64,000 nucleotides of DNA from contig NIVC01000380.1 in the NCBI GenBank assembly GCA_002269645.1, forward strand, positions 1 to 64,000, read 5' to 3'. Below the pieces are notes generated by a model. It was given only the letters and a program-made list of their open reading frames with translations. It searched no databases and was not told the DNA's origin. The translations under genes were made by a program, and so were the position numbers. Each line of letters starts with the position of its first letter. Position 1 is the stretch's first letter. The DNA is from Macrostomum lignano (taxonomy: Eukaryota). Shown one piece after another: positions 24,831-39,096 of this stretch.

Positions 24831-27332
24831 TTATGCATTTTGGGAGCTGCATATTTATACTGGTAATAGAATACACTTGAAATTGTTTGGTTACACTGGC
24901 AATGTTTCTTTTACATTACAAAATTACCACTCTGTAACCACGATTGTGTTACCAATAATGAATTCTTTAACAGTCAGTATTTGCTTCCAAAAAACAGCTT
25001 TGTGGCTTTACGAAGTAAAATTATACTAAATATATATTTACACCAATTTAAGTGATAGAGGACTAACAAGTGGCCAATATATTCATAGTAAAATATAATA
25101 GATATATAGATGTGTATTTAAAGTTTGGTTTCTTTTCCTTTTTTTTATTAATAATTATGTATGGTGATTTATTTGAATAACTATTTACAGCTCATATAAA
25201 GGCAATTTATATTATAAAAAAGGATAATAAACATTGTGTTATAACTTTTTAAAAAGTTCTCTTTTTCAAAAGTGACAAGCTGCTTGCCTCAAATGTTAAC
25301 TGTCTATCTCTGTTTACTCTGATATTGGTGTTTTTTATACAATTTTAGTGTTTAGAACCTTTGATTTAGTGGTTGATCTTTAATAATAATCTTTGACAGA
25401 CAAATGTATTTTTAATTCACAAAATTCACCAACTCCAAAACTTTTGTCTAATTATTTGAAAACTTGAAACCTTTGAGAAGACCAAGAGTAAATTTTTTGC
25501 TTAGATTTTTTTGCAAGTTTAAATAGCTTCTGCTTTTAATTAAAGAAACCTAGGTTGGGGTTTGAGTCAATATTAACTTTAACATGCCTTAAGTCTTGAC
25601 TTTTTTCAATGCCATTGAAAATCTTATAACATATAATATCTCATTGTCTTGTGTTGTATTATCATTAAAATTGTCATTAGTAATTGTTCTTGTCCTTTCC
25701 AGTTTAATTTTCTACAATTTATAAGTTATAAGTCTCTAAAAGCTATTAGGAATGTAGCTTTAATTCCCATAATAATTTTGTTTTTATACATATAAATATG
25801 ATATACCTAATAATATTTTCATGATCTTAGATCTACTTCAATAATATAAGCAAGGTAGCCTTAGTTTTTTAAATTAGCTAATAAATTTCTACAAAAGTTA
25901 ACTAAAAGGATAATGACAACACAAAATAACTAATTCTATTTTCAATATTTTTTAAAGTAGGCCAATAAGTCTAGGCCTGCCTAGCCTTGCTTAATTTATT
26001 AGGCCTAGGCCTATATAGTTAGAAAATAAATTTAGATTATAGAGATATGTTAATTGTCATTTGATATACCTATGATTCAAAAAACAAGCAGAAAAGCAAA
26101 AACTATATTGTATAATTAGGTTTGGTTTATTCAAACAAATTAGCTGTTTTATTTTTTTTGTTTAAAATCTAAGAAATTATAATAAAATTAATAACTAGCA
26201 CTATTTCTTTAAATTGTCTACTAGTAAACTTAGGACATTAGGTTTATAAACTGAATAACCATATAAACTGATGTTGTAAAGCTTTATATTCTTTTATATT
26301 TAAATTTTTATATTAACATTAAAAAAGAATGATTTCTTTGCTTTTTGTTGCAGATAGTTGATCAAAAAGACTGACATCTTCACCATACAGAAACTATACA
26401 ACTGATGATATTCCTATGTAGTTTAATTTGGATAGCAATTACAATAGGCTTCGTTTCCTGATATACTGATAAAAGTTTTAGGTAAGTTCATTCTTTATTC
26501 ATTTTTAATTTTAAACAAAAGAACAATAGACCAATATTAATACACTGAAAATGATAGGATAATAATATTGCCTAGGCTTATTGTCCTGACTAGGGTCCTG
26601 ACTAGGAGACTAGACTCAATAGGCCTAGGCTATGGTAACATCAATATGTACAGGTTTTACGGGGTTAGGTCATTGAAAGAAACTATCTTTTCAATTCCAT
26701 TCCAAGTGAAATCCATCTTAGAGTTACTCTGATATTACGACCAAAACGAAATAGGCGAACTCGTTTTAGGTTCTAGAGCCTACAGAACCGGTTTTTTGGT
26801 GTGAGTGTAATTTGATGTTAAATGTGATCACTGATCATGGACTCATGGCGATCTGGCCTGTCAGTTAGTTCTTCTATTAGAAAAAACAATTTCTTTCTTG
26901 GAAATAGCCATGTAATGCTTAACTCTTAAGATTGTTTATGTAAGTTACAGATAAACAAACAAAATGCTAATGAATTTGGTGTTAGTACTAAGAGATGACT
27001 AAAAAAGTTGAAATTACTAGAATGTGCTCTTTATTGAACAAATTTTTATTAATTTTCGGGCCGCTGCTAAACAGAGATGCAGGTCTTGCGTGAGTTAAAA
27101 AATAAATTTATTAGGTGTATGGTCTATACCATTGGCCCCAAGGGTGCAAGTGCTTATCAGTTATAATTGTAAGCGTGCATAGATTTTCCTTGGCATTTAC
27201 TTCTTCTATGGAAATGGAATGAATAACTGGGGAAAAATATATGACTAAAGACCAGCTGCTAAAGACCAGCCTCGTAAAATTAATCAATTTAACCGCAACT
27301 GCGTACCCTGCAGCGCGGCTGCGCTGCTTCTT

Positions 27333-29400
27333 TGGCGAGCCAGCTAGCACTCCAGTCAAGGGAGACTATATCAACTTGTCGGATTTAAATCACGAACGCA
27401 TTTAAGGGGCTTGACTGATGAGGACGCACTTTTTCCCAAATCCCGCGCCAGCACATGGGCTCTGAACTTACTAGCCTACTAACAGTGGGCAATGGGCATT
27501 TTTATTCTTTTTCTGCAAATTGTCATAGAATCTATACTAGATATAATGTCTGGCCATACTAGTAGTCATAATAACATAGGCATTGCTTTTTGGGTCATAA
27601 ATCATCGCTTTCGAAGCTGGTCTGACAGCCACCTACGCCTCACTCAGTGTTGAGACGGGCGCCAGATGGTCTGAGAGGATGCGGGCGGTAGCTTTTTTCT
27701 TATCATTTTGACAGGCCATCAAGATTTATGAGGTCAGAGCCTATTGTTCGGATTCACTCAAGCGTGTGACAGCTTTGACAGCTATGCGTTTTACCCCTAA
27801 AAGTACCTTGGGATTAGCGATTAGCGATTTCTCTTCATTATCTTCACTTTCTATTTAATAAGAGCTTTCTAATGTATATTTTTTCATTAATTTCTGTCAA
27901 TCCTACGCGAAAAGTCATAAATCATTTTGTTGCGATTTTGATTGATTTATGGCCGCACCTGTCATCTTTTTACGACCCTGTGGGAACTGATAGGATCTCT
28001 CGGTCACGTGGTTCTGGGTAGCAACAAGCTTAGCCAATCAGAAAATTCGACGCTCATTTTAACAAAACGGCTCAGCCAATCAGAATCGACGTGTTCCATT
28101 ATAACAAACTGCGGTCCAGTTGGCGGCTATTTAAACCGGAGTTTTTGGCCCGCTCGGACTCCAACTTGCTCAGGTCCAGCACGCAACTTCTGGTTCCCGG
28201 AGCGCGACCATCGTTTTTTGATCCCCGGATTGCGACTTCCCCCCATCATCATCAAGGACGAGTCCCCCGGTCATCAGCAGCGAACATCAAGCGAAGATCA
28301 TCACCTGCTAGCTATCAGCGAAGATTGTGTCAGCATCATCCCGAGTCTACAGCTACAGAGCATCAAGCCGATTCGGTCACTGTGGATTACCTGGTCTCCG
28401 GCTGTTGAGTTTCTGATTGGTTGGGTGAGAGGCTACCTAGACTTGCTTGATTGGGTGATTCCCTATCTGTCCCCTGTTTCAGTAGCTGGATTAGGCGCAC
28501 ACTTTTGCTCATTTTGTTCAGTAGTGCTGTTGCTGAGGCAGAAATCACTTAATAATACTGCTAGTAGTCTGAAACTCCAATTCAATCTGAAGTGTGAAGT
28601 GATCTAAGGAGAAGGTTAAATCTAACAGTTATTTTTATCGGTTTTGTTTCTTTGTTCGCCGATGGCTCAGATGAGTAGCTAAGCTAGTAGGCGCCGGTCA
28701 CACTGGACCAATGGCAAGGCGGTTCTCAGTCGATCAATCAATCAAATCAGTGAGCAAAACTGCCAGAAGTGCAGAATCGGCGCCAGAGATGTACTTTGTG
28801 CACTCTAGGTTAGCCAAGCGGCTCGGGTAATGAATCATGCGAGATCTCTGAAGTTCGAGTTAGTCCATCATCAGCGCTATGAGAGGCTAGTTGGCGCGTT
28901 GAAGGCCAAAAGTACATATCTTCGTATTTAGCAATGTAATAGTACATGTAGCTACCCCATAGACTCGCCACTGCAAGAATCCCCTGCACAAGTCCCCTCT
29001 GTACCTGCATGGCCAATGCGATCTAGTCCCAGCAGTGTCCCTTACCATCGGCTATGACTTCGAGATTGACAGCAAAAAGACACTAGTTGGCAGGTAAGTG
29101 CAAAGCCCCTTCTAGTCGGAAGCCCGATTTCGAGAGTCCCGGTGTGGTGAGCCAGGACGCACGGGCTGGTGGCAGCGAGTTAGCTTAGTCTGCGGATTAG
29201 CTAATTTCTACCTTCAAAATTCTCCCTGCTTGTCTCTCGCTGTCCCTCTCTTAGCTATAGGACCTAGACTGCTCGCCACACGATCAAGCTACCATGGGGC
29301 TGACCATCTGACAGGAGTGGGGGGCCAGGACTCTAATTGATTTGTTTCTGAGCCTGAGGCCCGAAGGCTTCCCTAACAAGGGGCCCGAAGGTCGAAACCC
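27333..29400 (+). mobile_element. Possible decayed LTR-retrotransposon relic
   Basis: TGGCGAGCCAGCTAGCAC at 27333-27350 matches 15/18 of the complement of the tRNA-Arg(ACG) 3' end as recalled; twin AGCCAATCAG boxes plus TATTTAAA at 28030-28135; no gag/pol ORF or paired LTRs found. Confidence 0.3.
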
Positions 29401-30967
29401 ATCATGACTCTTAATAAAAACATGATGCAGAATTATTCAATGCACTAGCTATAGAGACACTTACACGCAGTAATTGTAGGGTACGTTACATATATGGTAC
29501 ATGTACGTACAGTAACCGCATCGCATGCATTCCTATTTATTATCAGAGCTAACTAAAATATACGAAAGTTATGTTGCTACAATGTTGCATAAATCAAAAG
29601 CCAAAATTTAGCGGCAGCACTGCATCATAAAAGTTAAATATTTACACCATTTTTTACGCAAACTCGTGCGTGATCTAGAACAATCTGTACCTGAGACACA
29701 TGATCTTACTTAATAGTATAATTGGAGTATCGGGGCTGTAAAAGTTCTTGTCTTGACACAGTTAGAAAAGGGTAAATTTTGGTAAAGTATAAATAGCAAT
29801 TCAACCGACAACAATTTAATAATACTACTAATTAAATGAAGCCATATGAAGTTAGCTGGTTCAAAATATTTTCACGGCTTGACACGAGGTTTCTACATGC
29901 TAATTTATAGCGTGACGTTTAGTTTCAGCTTCGTCAAGTATCTAGTCGAATGCTTCAAGAGCTTTAAAATAATTATGCTTCTTTTTTGCACACGTAGTGC
30001 TACGGGTTCTTCATCATCGCCTCTGACTCTCTTGATCTTAGCGCAATTAACAACACGCAATGCTTATAATTGTGCTGCAGAGTTGAATTACGCTCAGTGC
30101 GCAATATATTATAAAGGCTTTCCATTTTTAGCGTCCCCGATAAAAGAGTTTAGATAATTTCCGGTGCGGTTCAATTAAAAAACCGGCTTTGTCTACTATA
30201 TAAAAGCAATGCTACTAGCTATTGAAGCTAAAAAAATTTTGCCTGCAGTTTCTAAATATATTATCTACTAGGTTTTATATCTGAGCACTTTGATTTTTTA
30301 ACTCAGGAGAAAAATGAAGCTTTCATTCATAGTCATAGGCTATGAATAGCGATTCGCGCAGACAATTATTTGTAAACATAAAATTTTGGCTAAATGAATG
30401 TAATTTCTTAGTTAAAATTAATAACAGATAAAAATATTCATGATGTGGATATTTTATTTTGTAATTTATGAACCCCTGAATCTGAGTTTATCAGCCTCTC
30501 TGCTGTATCAAATTTACGCAGGAAAATGATCAATAATTGACAATCAAACTGCCGTAATTCCAGTAAGATAATATCTGAATTTTAAATGCACAATGCAGAA
30601 ATAATTCAGAGTTAATCCGCTTTTAGAAATCCGGCTGTCAAAATAGGCACTGAAATTTCTTCGACTTTTGCTACTAAAAGCTTTTTGAGATCTCGAAAGG
30701 ACGTGTTCTGATCCGAGTATCGTAAAATTAATTAAGGCCTTTTCCAGTTATTCAGGGGCCGCGGTTTTATCTCAACTAACGCCTTCAGACACATTAAACG
30801 GACTTTTATGGCCCCGTAGCCTCGCATGCGCTCGCCCTAGGATGAAATTTGACAACAACAACAAGAACAACAAGAGCCAACAACGTACAGTTACGTCGGC
30901 GTTGACTATTACATGTACTTTTTCGTATTAGACAATTTTTTTTCAATAGACCAACGAGAGAGTTATA

Positions 30968-31137
30968 CAGTAGCGTAAGCAGAGCGCGCGCCCCCCGTTG
31001 AGTTCTTGATTTACTTATTTTTTTTGTATGGAAAGAAAATACACATTATCATGTACAAATACTTGCACATGATGCGCATATATATGTACCTTAGTAGTCT
31101 GCGCCCCCCCGTTCAAAATTTTCTGGATCCGCTACTG
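30968..31137. mobile_element. Short MITE-like element
   Basis: 8-bp perfect TIR CAGTAGCG..CGCTACTG, internal repeated gcgcccccc motif, ggatccgctactg end; no TSD seen. Confidence 0.45.
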
Positions 31138-31458
31138 CGATTGTAGCTGTTGAGATTCGCACGAGAACAAAACGCAAACAACTCAAATCAGGCCTCGAAT
31201 TTTTGTTCCCACGATAGACTTAGAAAGATAATTTATACCTGTTGGACGGCGCTATTACAGAGCGACTTGTGCAAATATTAATTGTCGACCAATACCCGAG
31301 GGAGCGAGGTAGGAAGATTCAGTGAGCCAGAAAGTCAATTCATCTGTGAGATCCTTGGCTGCGAGCTCGTGCCTACAGGCATATACACAGTAGACCTTTA
31401 TAGTACACAATCCAACTCAGTTTCTGAATTCAAAGACTGATAAAACGTTAGACTAACC

Positions 31459-31995
<537 letters not shown>

Positions 31996-32779
31996 TACTT
32001 AGCTATCTATCTTACGGCCCCTCCATGCAAATGAGTTGCATTTTCATTCACCTTTATTTGCACTACTAGCATTGCGTTTTCACACTTTTGACTTCACCTA
32101 CGCCTATAGGCAGTGCTACTCATTAATTTTCCCCCTCGCCTTCTCCTGTTGCTGCTCATCCATGGCCAGCTTCCTCACACCATCAGCCCCATTGTCTAAT
32201 TCTCCTAGTAATTGCCTCTCAAGCGCACACTACAGTTGCCGGTATTATTTCACTACCTTTAAAACTGAGAAAGACCTATAGGAACGGTACTAAAGCAATT
32301 CTGAACTGAACTGCACAAAAAGGGCTTAATGCATTTAAGAGACTCTGATGTGTGCATTTGATAGCCAAGCAGGATGTTTGCAGTATAGAGATCTCCGCAA
32401 TACGATATGGCCTCAGTTATGCTCTACATACTCTGAGTTCCATTAGCATTTCACCATTCACTCACAAACTGCATGCGCGGTTCACATAGCATGCAGTATC
32501 GATATGCGCCCTGGGGGCCTCTGCGGCAGGACGGGCCTCATGCCAACTGATCGCAGGAAGGCGCAGTGAATTCCTGCAACATGAATATTGCATTGGCCCA
32601 CCTCTCCTCTCTCTCTTACTCCATTTTTCCCCATCTCACAGTCTACTAGGGCTCACTCTATCGGTGCACCTATTCTCTATTTTAGATCCTGTCCAAGAAC
32701 CACTAAACAGACAGTCTGTGAATCATGCACACACCACACCACAACATCACAAGAGCTCTAATTTGTAGACCTATACATA

Positions 32780-33090
32780 GATGATTGGGATCTCTAATTT
32801 GGATACTCTTACCTGGATAATGGGATCTCTAATTTGGATACTCTTACCTGGATAATGGGATCTCTAATTTGGATACTTTTACCTGCATGGATGATGGGAT
32901 CTCTATTTGGATACTCTTACCTGGATAATGGGATCTCTAATTTGGATACTTTTACCTGCATGGATGATGGGATCTCTAATTTAGATGCTTTTACCTGGAT
33001 GATAGTATCTCTAATTTAGATGCTTTTACCTGGATGATAGTATCTCTAATTTAGATGCTTTTACCTGGATGATAGGATTTTTAATTTGGC
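32780..33090. repeat. ~35-bp tandem repeat (GGGATCTCTAATTTGGATACTCTTACCTGGATAAT)
   Basis: ~8 copies. Confidence 0.9.
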
Positions 33091-34769
33091 GAATGAAACC
33101 AAGGATAATAATTGACAAGTTTCACCGCCCATAGCTACAATTATTTCTAATCCAGATCCCTAACTTAAGGCGTCCATGGCAGTCAGCGCACCTGTCTCTA
33201 TTCCCTGCTGGCCCAATCGCGAGAGCTGAAGCCCCGTCCCAGATGCTAGGAGGACGGTGAGAGCTCATAGCCAGGAGGAAGTAGGGGGGGGATCCCAGTT
33301 AAAAGTTGGTCATGTATTATAAAGAGAGGGAGAAATGTAGGGGTTTTCATTTCCTAGAAACCTCTCTCCCCTTCTCTCCTGTCTATCTACCTCTCGCCCT
33401 CCAGATCCAATCCACGTGTGTGTAAATTGACCAGAACTTTTCAGAGAATGCATAGCTTAGATATAAAACCAGCCATTATCATTGGATGAGGTACTAGCCA
33501 TGGATATTAATTCCCAATGACAAGCGACAGACAGGCCAGCTAATAGTTCTATGTTTCAAATGATTACAAAGATGAGGATTAAAGAGTGTCTCATCGCTGG
33601 CCTGCTATTCGGATGAATATCCTGCTCAACAATATCCGACGATATGTGAGTACCCTATAAAAAATTAATAGGTTATATATATAGCGTCTGAAAATAACTT
33701 TTCTGTTTCTTCAAGACCCCAAGGCTTGGCTAAAAGTTCGACTCAATAAATCTGAGTTCGTTAATGAACCACTTTGGAGTGCAAGCCTGGTGAACCGAAA
33801 TAACTCTTAAGTCTATATGCTAATTCATATATACATATAAATCTTTTTGCGATTGCACTCGACAAAATTGCAAAAAGGAATTTCGTCCTCTAGACTTGAG
33901 ACAGCGTATCATGGTTAAAGTCCATAAAAATGTTTATTTTGGTTCCAATTTAATCAATTCGCATCATCATTTTGAATACGGAAACCGGCAAAAAGTATTC
34001 AGAGATGAACCGCGTGGTCCTTAATTACCTGTTCTTAGCTATTGTCAAACGAAGACCGCATAGATCATGGCATGATTCATAACTAAACTTAGTGTATATC
34101 ACAGGTACCAGCCGCATTAATATAGCTTTTGTCATGCCAATTTAGAAAACGGACACCCATAGGAGAAAACCTATTTCACACAAGTTTCTGGCAATTTAGA
34201 GTGTCTCAGTCAGACGTTATTGTGTTGTCTATGGCCCAACTCGACTTCTTAATTCCAAATTGAAATGTACGTTTTCTAACTTAAGCATGGTGAGAGAAAT
34301 TAACTTCACAATCATCATCATCATCATCATTCATTCTCACAGCCTGAATGCCGGAACCGATTTTTTTCAAACTTGCTTTATTTAATTAGAAATTCTTGCG
34401 AGATTGTGTGGGTGTAATTGCATTTTTAAAAATGGATTGGGAAGATGATTAAATATTCGAAAAACTGTATTTTCCCTATTTAATTAGTGTATTTTTCTCG
34501 CAGTGAGGGCTCAATATTTCTATGGCCATAGACTAAACTTCAACTTCTTGAGCTGATGCTATGAGTTATAAATAATTAAATACGAGTATTCGAAAACATT
34601 CTTTTCTGCATAAGGGAGAGATATCAGCCAGTGCACTTTTAAAATTATTGAAGTATTGCGCAACTGTGTACAGGCCTCACTGCTATATATCACTCACTGT
34701 GTTATATCACTGCTATGTATTTGACTGCAGTGCCGAAGCATATATGGCTGATGCTAAAAATGGTCTGGA

Positions 34770-35090
34770 TTGCTTGCTGTCTGGGGATGCTTGCCGTCTG
34801 GGGGATGCTTGCTGTCTGAAGAATGCTTGCTGTCTGAGGAATGCTTGCTGTCTGGGGGATGCTTGCAGTCTAAGGGATTGCTTGCTGTCTGGGGGATGCT
34901 TGCAGTCTAAGGGATTGCTTGCTGTCTGGGGGATGCTTGCAGTCTAAGGGATTGCTTGCTGTCTGGGGGATGCTTGCTGATGCTTGCTGTCTGAGGAATG
35001 CTTGCTGTCTGAGGAATGCTTGCTGTCTGGGGGATTGTTTGCTGTCTGGGGGGTGCTTGCTGTCTGGGGGATGCTTGCTGTCTGGGGGAT
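34770..35090 (-). repeat. 18-bp minisatellite, reverse complement of the 22040-22410 array (GGGGATGCTTGCTGTCTG)
   Basis: Direct inspection. Confidence 0.92.
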
Positions 35091-36349
35091 TCTTTGAGTC
35101 AGGCTAATAAAGAGGGGTCTAAGGCGTTGAGCTCCTGCTGTAGACCAGAATATGCCCCGGCCAGTGACAATATGCACTAAGAGTTTGTGCTTGAAAAGAT
35201 AAGCACTAGCTATTTGCTGATTGAGAAAGGGTTTTGGGTTGATGAAGGAAACTTTTTTGGCTGATGAAAGTTCTGATTCATGGCAATTTGGTGTCATTTT
35301 TAAGGCCAAAAAAGCGGGGGCTAAATGGCTAGTCAATACCTATTACGGCATCGAACGAGCTTTAAAATACACAGACGTACAAGACAAAAGAGGAAGGCAC
35401 TATTTTTTAGCAGCTGACAAAATCCGTGATCGGAGCCGTATATTTCTTTGAATTCTTGCTTCTATAAGAATCATTAATTAGCCCCTAGAAAATGAAGGAA
35501 ATCCCAGCTGAGAAGCACACTCGAGGGCATGCTACAAGATTATAACAGATCAAATAAAACAGATCGGATGAGGCCTTATAATCCGTGTTCTGACGTACCC
35601 GATGTATTGGATTAGAACGTCTCTGGTAGACGGGGGTATTTTTACACTACACCGACAGTAATGACGTCACGATGATGCAAATTGCTGTACGGGAAATAGT
35701 CCTCCCAATGGAGTTGTTCAACTTCAAAAAGGCTCTAAAAACGGATAAAATTTTAAAGGTCCGTCTGCTCCTGGCTACGAGAGGCCTGCTCCAACTTCTG
35801 GCAGCTGATCACCACAACGCGTAGTTCCCCTGAAAGCGACGAAAAAGCTGGAGAATTGGGCAGCGATCAACTCCTAACTGACGAGCCAATTTCTAAGAAG
35901 CCGCCAGACAATGCAGCAGCTACTAGCGACACTCGCTTCATACGGACAAAGTTTCCCTTCGGCCAGTCCACTACGGCTACTAATAGTCGGGGCGACGCGT
36001 CGGCATCTGCAAGCAGCTGTCGCACATTCTATGGACGCTTGAGGCACTGCGACTCCAGAACAAGCATTGGCGGGCCTTTGTACAGGTGAGCTGATTAGCT
36101 GCTCTCTAGGGCCTTTGATCGAAGATGAACTGTTTCGGATAACATTTTACTAATATTAAAAATATTAAACTATATACGATCGTGTTTGAAAGGAAAAAAG
36201 ACAAGAAAGTATATTTCTGTTTCTTTTAGGTCGGTAGCAGTATAGCATTCTCGCCATTTTTGCAACTGAAGCTTCCGTCCGTAAACACCTGAAATAGAAG
36301 ACGCTGTACTCGATTTTCTATTTGAGCTGCAGTGTATATACTTGCGTAT

Positions 36350-36654
<305 letters not shown>

Positions 36655-37664
36655 TGTCTATGGTCTATGGCAAATGGCAAATGGCAAATGGCATGATTTG
36701 TCTATGGCAAAACCCCATTCAGCGCTGTGCTTCCTCCAGAGCACAACTAAATGCACTGGCGATGCGACAAATATATACACGATCCTCTCAGGCCTCCAGA
36801 GCTCATTTCTAAGAAAATCAAGTGAAGCATCCTTTTACTCCAATTGTTTACGCTCGATTCCGTCTTTTTGATAGACAGACTAAAGACAAACATTGTTTTT
36901 CGAGATCAGGTGGCTCGAATATCGGTTTTGCCGAATTTTTTTCGGAAACTGTCGCTTAGATAGATCGGAGAACCCGACAGTGAATCAATATCTATCAAAA
37001 AATACATGCAAACGCTCACCCCAATCTTATGAATGCGCAAGATACGACTAAGAGGCATCCATGCTAGCTATACATACGGATCTACAATTTCTACAATTAA
37101 TTGTAAAAACGATCGACAATCAATCTCACTCACAAACAGTCAAGACATCTCGGGACAGCCTCATGCATTATTGGATTGCCTACACAAAAGGCGCGAAAAC
37201 AAACGCGCGCAGACACAGATATGGTTGAGTTGAGACACCCTATACATGAACAGATGAATTCGCAGAATAGTATTGAACAACATGACTCGCCTGCTAGCTG
37301 AGCGCGTCTCTTCACGTCGCTCGACTCGACGCAGGAACTAAGGGACAGACAAAGCTAAGAGGAAGTTCCAGGAATAGATCATAAAATGCCTCGACGCTGA
37401 TTGAGCAACGCGAAACTTGATAGGCGAAACTTGATCGAGCTACATCTCAAATAAGTTCAGAGGATGGACGCTGCCCATGCTGCATGCTGCGATATTCTGC
37501 AGAAGAAATCTACTTGGGAATGGCTATTTTTGTTTAAACTATATATCAGCAATCTAAGAGTATTTTTTCAGTGGCTACCCGTACAGCAATCAAACTTTTG
37601 TGACGTCGGTCGACGGTTCCAGCGTCGATGTATGTGTCTGGCGAATGGGAGTATTTTTACATTA

Positions 37665-37810
<146 letters not shown>

Positions 37811-38943
37811 TAGCAACAGATAACGACGGTCATACGCCGGAATGCCTTCTTTGACCATCGCTGACAGAATAACGTGAATCTCCATATAGCAAGAATGGGG
37901 AATTAGTGCCTTAACCCACCTTCCTGCCTCGATATTTAAAGGCAGTGCAGACTATGGCTACATCATCTTTTGCGTTTGTGATGCGCTCAATGCCGATACA
38001 CGCATGTCGCTGTGTCTGACAGGAAATTGCTCAGGGCATAATGGAGTAGCCGTATAACCACCTTGTAGCCAGCTGCAGGGGGATCGTGATCAGGAAATTG
38101 ATTTTGAAAAGACACTATGCTAAAGATATGAATTTCACCTGCTTTTAAGAACTACAAAGCTAAATTACCTCTTAGCTGCAGTTAATGGGGATGGAGTGAA
38201 AGTCAAGGATGCTAAGTCGAGTTATTCCTCTAAGAAATTGCTTTTCTAAGACAGCCTCAAGCGGGGAAAAACGTCAGCTTGGATCTAATTTATTCGACAA
38301 AATTTCATTTTGACATATACAATCTGAAAAGTGTGCATGTTGAATAATTCATGGTATATACTCGTAGGCCATGCTATAAAAGCCTGTCCAGGATTCCTGT
38401 TACAAGAAGGATTACGCGACTTATACAGCCTCTCTAGATTAACACATTAGCAATATAAGCGGATAACTTTACTCATTCTTACGAGTATATATTTCCGATT
38501 TTATAATACGTAACATAGTGAATAGTTACATGTATACAAAGGCAATATAGCTTAAATACTAGTAAGATAGAACTGACTAAATAAAAAACCGATAGTATAC
38601 TTATACTGGCTTCACCTTGGTTGGTTAGCCATATAGCCAAGCTGAAGGTAAATACTAATTGAATTCTTGCTCGCTGATCCAGTTAAGCTAAGCGTTCAAC
38701 CGTATGTATGCATACACGGCGGATCAGTTGAGCCTCAGTGCATCGGATTTTCTTAGAAATGAGTGAAACATTTTTGTGAACGCAGCTGTCTATGGCATAA
38801 ACTAAATCTAGCTCCCATTTAAGCATCGGATCTTTTACTTTAATTTTTATGTCTATGGTTAAATGTGGGGGGCTGCGCCCTCCACACCCCCGCTTTTGAC
38901 GAATACCTCTCTCCCACTTCCAGTCGCTTCCAATATCTGTAGA

Positions 38944-39096
38944 TTAAGTACGATCTTTGTCTGTTCTTTTGGTGTCTAAGGCAGAAAGACCTCGTACGCA
39001 ATTCTAAGGCCTCGGCTTCGCCTCGGCCTGAGAACAGCGTCCTCGGCCTTTCTCTGCCATAGGAACCAAAAGAACAGACAAAGATTATATACTTAA
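38944..39096. mobile_element. MITE-like hairpin element bounded by TTAA
   Basis: 21-bp perfect inverted repeat ATCTTTGTCTGTTCTTTTGGT / ACCAAAAGAACAGACAAAGAT, extending imperfectly to TTAAGTA/TACTTAA; internal ggcctcggcttcgcctcggcc palindrome. Confidence 0.7.

Noticed and set aside
25960-26640. Recurrent TAGGCCTA palindromes (also ~63380, ~63537)
   Set aside because: Short motif with no spacing pattern; cannot be distinguished from compositional bias
27414-27440. CTGATGAG hammerhead core
   Set aside because: No stem II-GAAA follows
35390-35451. GRHYFLAADKIRDRS resemblance to cellular RdRP motif
   Set aside because: Too short and gapped to support; no DxDGD motif nearby
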